DNA from: Octopus sinensis
Taxonomy: Eukaryota
Assembly (NCBI RefSeq): GCF_006345805.1
Contig: NC_043006.1
Coordinates: 15,066,001-15,130,000, forward strand
Direction of reading: 5' to 3'
DNA length: 64,000 nucleotides
Part shown: in pieces, positions 60,130 to 64,000 of the stretch
How positions within the stretch are numbered: position 1 is the first letter of the stretch
Layout of the letters: each line of letters starts with the position of its first letter
Program-made: the position numbers and the translations under genes
Notes under the pieces: generated by a model
The model's input: the letters and a program-made list of their open reading frames with translations, nothing else
The model's database searches: none
Told to the model about the DNA's origin: nothing

Positions 60130-60560
60130 TTTGAGGTATCCACTGGACATTAGCATCCACAAATTCAAAAAAGTGCCTTTATTGTTATTTTTTATGGGTT
60201 TGGGATTCAAATTATGTGATTTCAAATTATTTGTGGACCAATCGACATAAGGGAAGTCGAATTCCTTCATCATTAATATACTTCTAAAATTGCATTTCTG
60301 GATGAAGGGTTTGATTTTGTGATGAGAGTCACGGAAAGGCAGCAGAAACACTATAGAAATGTTCTGTAGAGCTTTTAGCAATTTTAAAATTTTATGTTCG
60401 AGCTTCCTGGCTGATCTATGATGAAACAACGGACCAGTTTGAACCGAAGTTTGATGGAATATAATATTTTTATTAAGCTTATCTATTTCACTTTTCCCTT
60501 GATCTTTCCCCAAATTAATGCAACTACATTCGGGGTTAGTAAGAAACTTATCCTTATGAT
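60130..60560 (-). mobile_element. Very degenerate LINE APE-endonuclease remnant
   Basis: HRSARKLEHK..LL, EFDFPYVDW resemble the 'YRSP...GDFNFP.IDW' motifs. Confidence 0.45.
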
Positions 60561-60616
60561 CACCATCGAAGGTAGTTATAATGCACACGACACTGAAGTT
60601 TCTTCTTTATCGTCTA

Positions 60617-60963
60617 CTAGCACTATGACCCGGCAACGACGGGTCATAGTGCTAGTGCATGCATATACAGCTACGTACGTCCAAATCTCCGACCAACCAC
60701 AGCTAGCTGGCATTCAATTGGCCTATCAAGTTTCGGGCATTTTGATTGGATTTTGGATAGAAAATTCACAAAAAAGTCACTTCTATTGATTTTTTAATGG
60801 CTTTGCGGGGTGACTGGGGAAATGTAAAGATGTGCAGGACCACCCTTGGACGGTTTTGAATGACTATAGAAAGTGCGAGCCCTCTAACTGAAAAATTGTG
60901 GATTTGTATAAAGGACACGCACACACACACAGACAGATATTTTGTCGTTTTTATATATATAGA
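60617..60963 (-). mobile_element. Non-autonomous Helitron (second family)
   Basis: Minus-strand A|TCTATATATATAAAA start and hairpin plus CTAG|T end. Confidence 0.7.
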
Positions 60964-61719
60964 TTTTTAGGCTGTTGACTATTTCGTTTACTCGTACTTT
61001 AAATAACTTAGAAAAAGTTGGTTTCTTTGTAGGTTTTGGCGATATTAGAAAAGGATCTGTGGTACGGACTGCTCACAGCTTGAAATAATATTTTTAGTTT
61101 TGCCTGGAGAGAAATCACTTTTCCGATTTTTTTTCCAAAAATTTTGCTTACTCTTCGTGTAATGTCTTCACTGATCCTTTAAAACTTTTCATTTTCACTA
61201 TGCTGCGAAGGCCAGACCAAAAGGATTCCAGTGGTTTGTGGACCAAAAGGATTCCGTGTGGTGGACTATTTACAACAGTCGAAACAGAACTTCTGTTCCT
61301 TGGTGGTATCCGGGGAGGTATCCGTATTTCCATTACAGAAGAAATAAGCCTTCTATATTACCCATTTGAACATCTTCTGTCTTTTCAGAAAGATACTTAA
61401 TGTACTCGATTTATGAACGGCATCGAGAGATTCCTTGTAGAAAAGTATTTGCAAACCTTCTTTGTGGACAATTCTCGACAAATTAAGAAGCAGTTTATAG
61501 ATTGGTGAAGTTTGCATTTTTGTGCGGAGAAAAAGTTATCAATGATTTTATTAGAAGTTGAACCGTTTTGAAACGTAACTCGGAGTTTTAGGCAACCGAT
61601 TATTAAAACGATCGAAGTAGGAAAGCAGAATGTTAACATAAGCAAAAGTATTAGCAAACATCAAAATGAGATGAGTCAACAGTATACAGAGATTTGATTG
61701 GTTGCCGAAAAGATCGTTG

Positions 61720-61966
61720 TATGTATGTATGTATGCATGCATGTGTCTATGTATGTATATTGTTATGTATGTATGTATGTATGTATGTATGTATGTATGT
61801 ATGTATGTATGTATGTATTTATGTATGTATGTATTTATGTATGTATGTATGTATGTATGTATGTATGTATGTATGTATGTATGTATGTATGTATGTATGT
61901 ATGTATGTATGTATGTATGTATTTATGTATGTATGTATGTATTTATGTATGTATGTATGTATGTAT

Positions 61967-61998
<32 letters not shown>

Positions 61999-62231
61999 TG
62001 TATGTATGTATGTATGTATGTATGTATGTATGAATGTATGTATGTATGTATGTATGTATGCATGTATGTATGTATGTATGTATGTATGTATGTATGTATG
62101 TATGAATGTATGTATGTATGTATGTATGTATTTATGTATGTATGTATGTGTGTATGTATGTACGTATGTATGTATGCATGTATGTATGTATGTATGTATG
62201 TATGTATGTATGTATGTATGTATGTATGTAC

Positions 62232-62262
<31 letters not shown>

Positions 62263-62550
62263 TGTATGTATGTATGTATGTATGTATGAATGTATGTGTG
62301 TGTGTATGTATGTATGTATGTATGTATGTATGTATGTATGTATGTATATATGCATGCATGTGTCTATGTATATATATTGTTATGTATGTATGTATGTAGT
62401 ATGTATGTATGTATGTGTGTGTGTATGTGTGTATGTATGTACGTACGTTTGTATGTATGTATGTGTATGTATGTATGTGTGTGTGTGTATGTGTGTATGT
62501 GTGTGTGTATGTATGTATGTGTGTATGTATGTATGTGTGTATGTATGTAT
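61720..62550. repeat. About 830-bp (TATG)n microsatellite
   Basis: Seen directly; produces the MYVC/HTYI ORFs. Confidence 0.97.
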
Positions 62551-64000
62551 CTATCTATCTCTTTTATATTTTGCTTGTTTCAGTCATTGAACTGCGGTCG
62601 TGCTGGGGCACTACTTTGAAGGGTTCAATGGAACAAATCGCCTCTAGTATTTATTATTTGAGCCCTGTACTTATTCTATGGGCTTCTTTTGCTGAATAGG
62701 AGCTACAGAGGCGTAAACAAACCAACTCAGTTTGTCAAGCGGTGGTGGGTATAAACGCAATGAGAAAGACACACACACATATATAATCGACGGGCTTCTT
62801 TCAGTTTCCGTCTACCAAATCCACTCACAAGGCTTTAGACGGCCCGAGGCTATAGCAGAAGACACTTGTCCAAGGTTTTACACATATATAAGGCACCGAG
62901 CTGGCAGAACCGTTAGCACGCCGGGCGAAATGCGTAGCCGTATTTCGTCTGCTGTTACGTTCTGAGTTCAAATTCCGCCGAGGTCGACTTTGCCTTTCAT
63001 CATTTCGAGGTCGATTAAATAAGTACCAGTTACGCACTGGGGTCGATATAATTGACTTGATCCGTTTGTCTGTCCTTATTTGTCCTCTCTGTGTTTAGCC
63101 CCTTGTGGGTAGTAAAGAAATAGGTATTTCGTCTGCCGCTGCGTTCTGAGTTCAAATTCCACCGAGGTCGACTTTGCCTTTCATCCTTTCGAGGTCGATT
63201 AAATAAATACCAGTTACGCACTGGGGTTGATATAATTGACTTAATCCGTTTGTGTGTCCTTGTTTGTCCTCTCTGTGTTTAGCCCCTTGTGGGCAATAAA
63301 GAAATAGGCATTACACATAGGGCCTGAACACCGAAACCATTGAATATTCTACAAAAAAGGAAAGTTCAAAATTAAGTTCATATTACTATTTCTTTAAGAA
63401 TATCCTATAATCATTCAAATATCCACTACATGTAACCCTAGAAAATTATATTATTACACTTCAGTGGAAATATCGAATTGTGCAATCTCCGAAAGAAATT
63501 AGAATGCATCACAACAGATACTATGATACGTCTGTTTAGCAAGGAGTTTGCTCCCTTTATCTTTTATCGCTTCAAAATTATGCATGCGATATATACTCTT
63601 TTATTATTTTATTCTTTAACTTGTTTCAGTGATTTGACTGCGGCTATGCTGGAGCACTGCCTTTAGTCGAACAAAAAGACCCCCCAAGACCTATTCTTTG
63701 TAAGCCTGGTACTTATTCTATCGGTTCTTTTGCCGAGCCATTAAGTTACGAGGACATCGGTTGCCAATAGATATTGGCGGACACACACACACACACACAC
63801 GTACACACGCACACACGCACACACACACACACGTACACACACACGCACACACACACACACACACGCACACGTATACACACACACGCATATGCATACGACG
63901 GGCTTCTTCCAGTTTCCGTCTACCAAATCCACTGACAAGGCTTTGGTCGGCTCGAGGCTATAGTAGAAGACACTTGTCCAAGGTGTCACACGTATTATTA

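Noticed and set aside
61100-61720. Coding-looking unique sequence (possible old transposase or exon)
   Set aside because: All frames are interrupted by stops and no motif was recognised with confidence; needs BLASTX.
61694-62699. 298-aa MYVC-repeat ORF and relatives
   Set aside because: Pure (TATG)n translation.

Overview
Eukaryotic, AT-rich and repeat-dominated DNA. The SINE families and (TA)n/(CAT)n landscape suggest an octopus-like cephalopod genome (inference). One host gene can be assembled by eye: a 7-exon HAX1-like gene on the minus strand (CDS 48325 to 3565, 843 nt, 280 aa, all GT-AG junctions in phase). Its introns and flanks are filled with transposons: several tRNA-derived or LINE-tailed SINE families, RTE/CR1/Tx1/R4-type LINE fragments, a Penelope GIY-YIG remnant, a Chapaev3-like DNA transposon fossil, Tc1/mariner pieces, MITEs and non-autonomous Helitrons. 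A very young Gypsy LTR retrotransposon (51798-56858) lies about 3.5 kb upstream of HAX1. Most ORFs in the supplied track are spurious translations of repeats. The most unusual signals are: (1) a set of type I hammerhead-ribozyme-like motifs, one with an 86-nt stem II and one repeat family with a non-canonical CUGUAGAA core, with the best-preserved copies antisense to HAX1; (2) a U6 snRNA copy fused to a SINE; (3) long fold-back hairpins in HAX1 introns; (4) an LTR carrying NRF1/ETS motifs and pointing at HAX1. No database searches or folding programs were run. Repeat boundaries are approximate unless a TSD/TIR is quoted.
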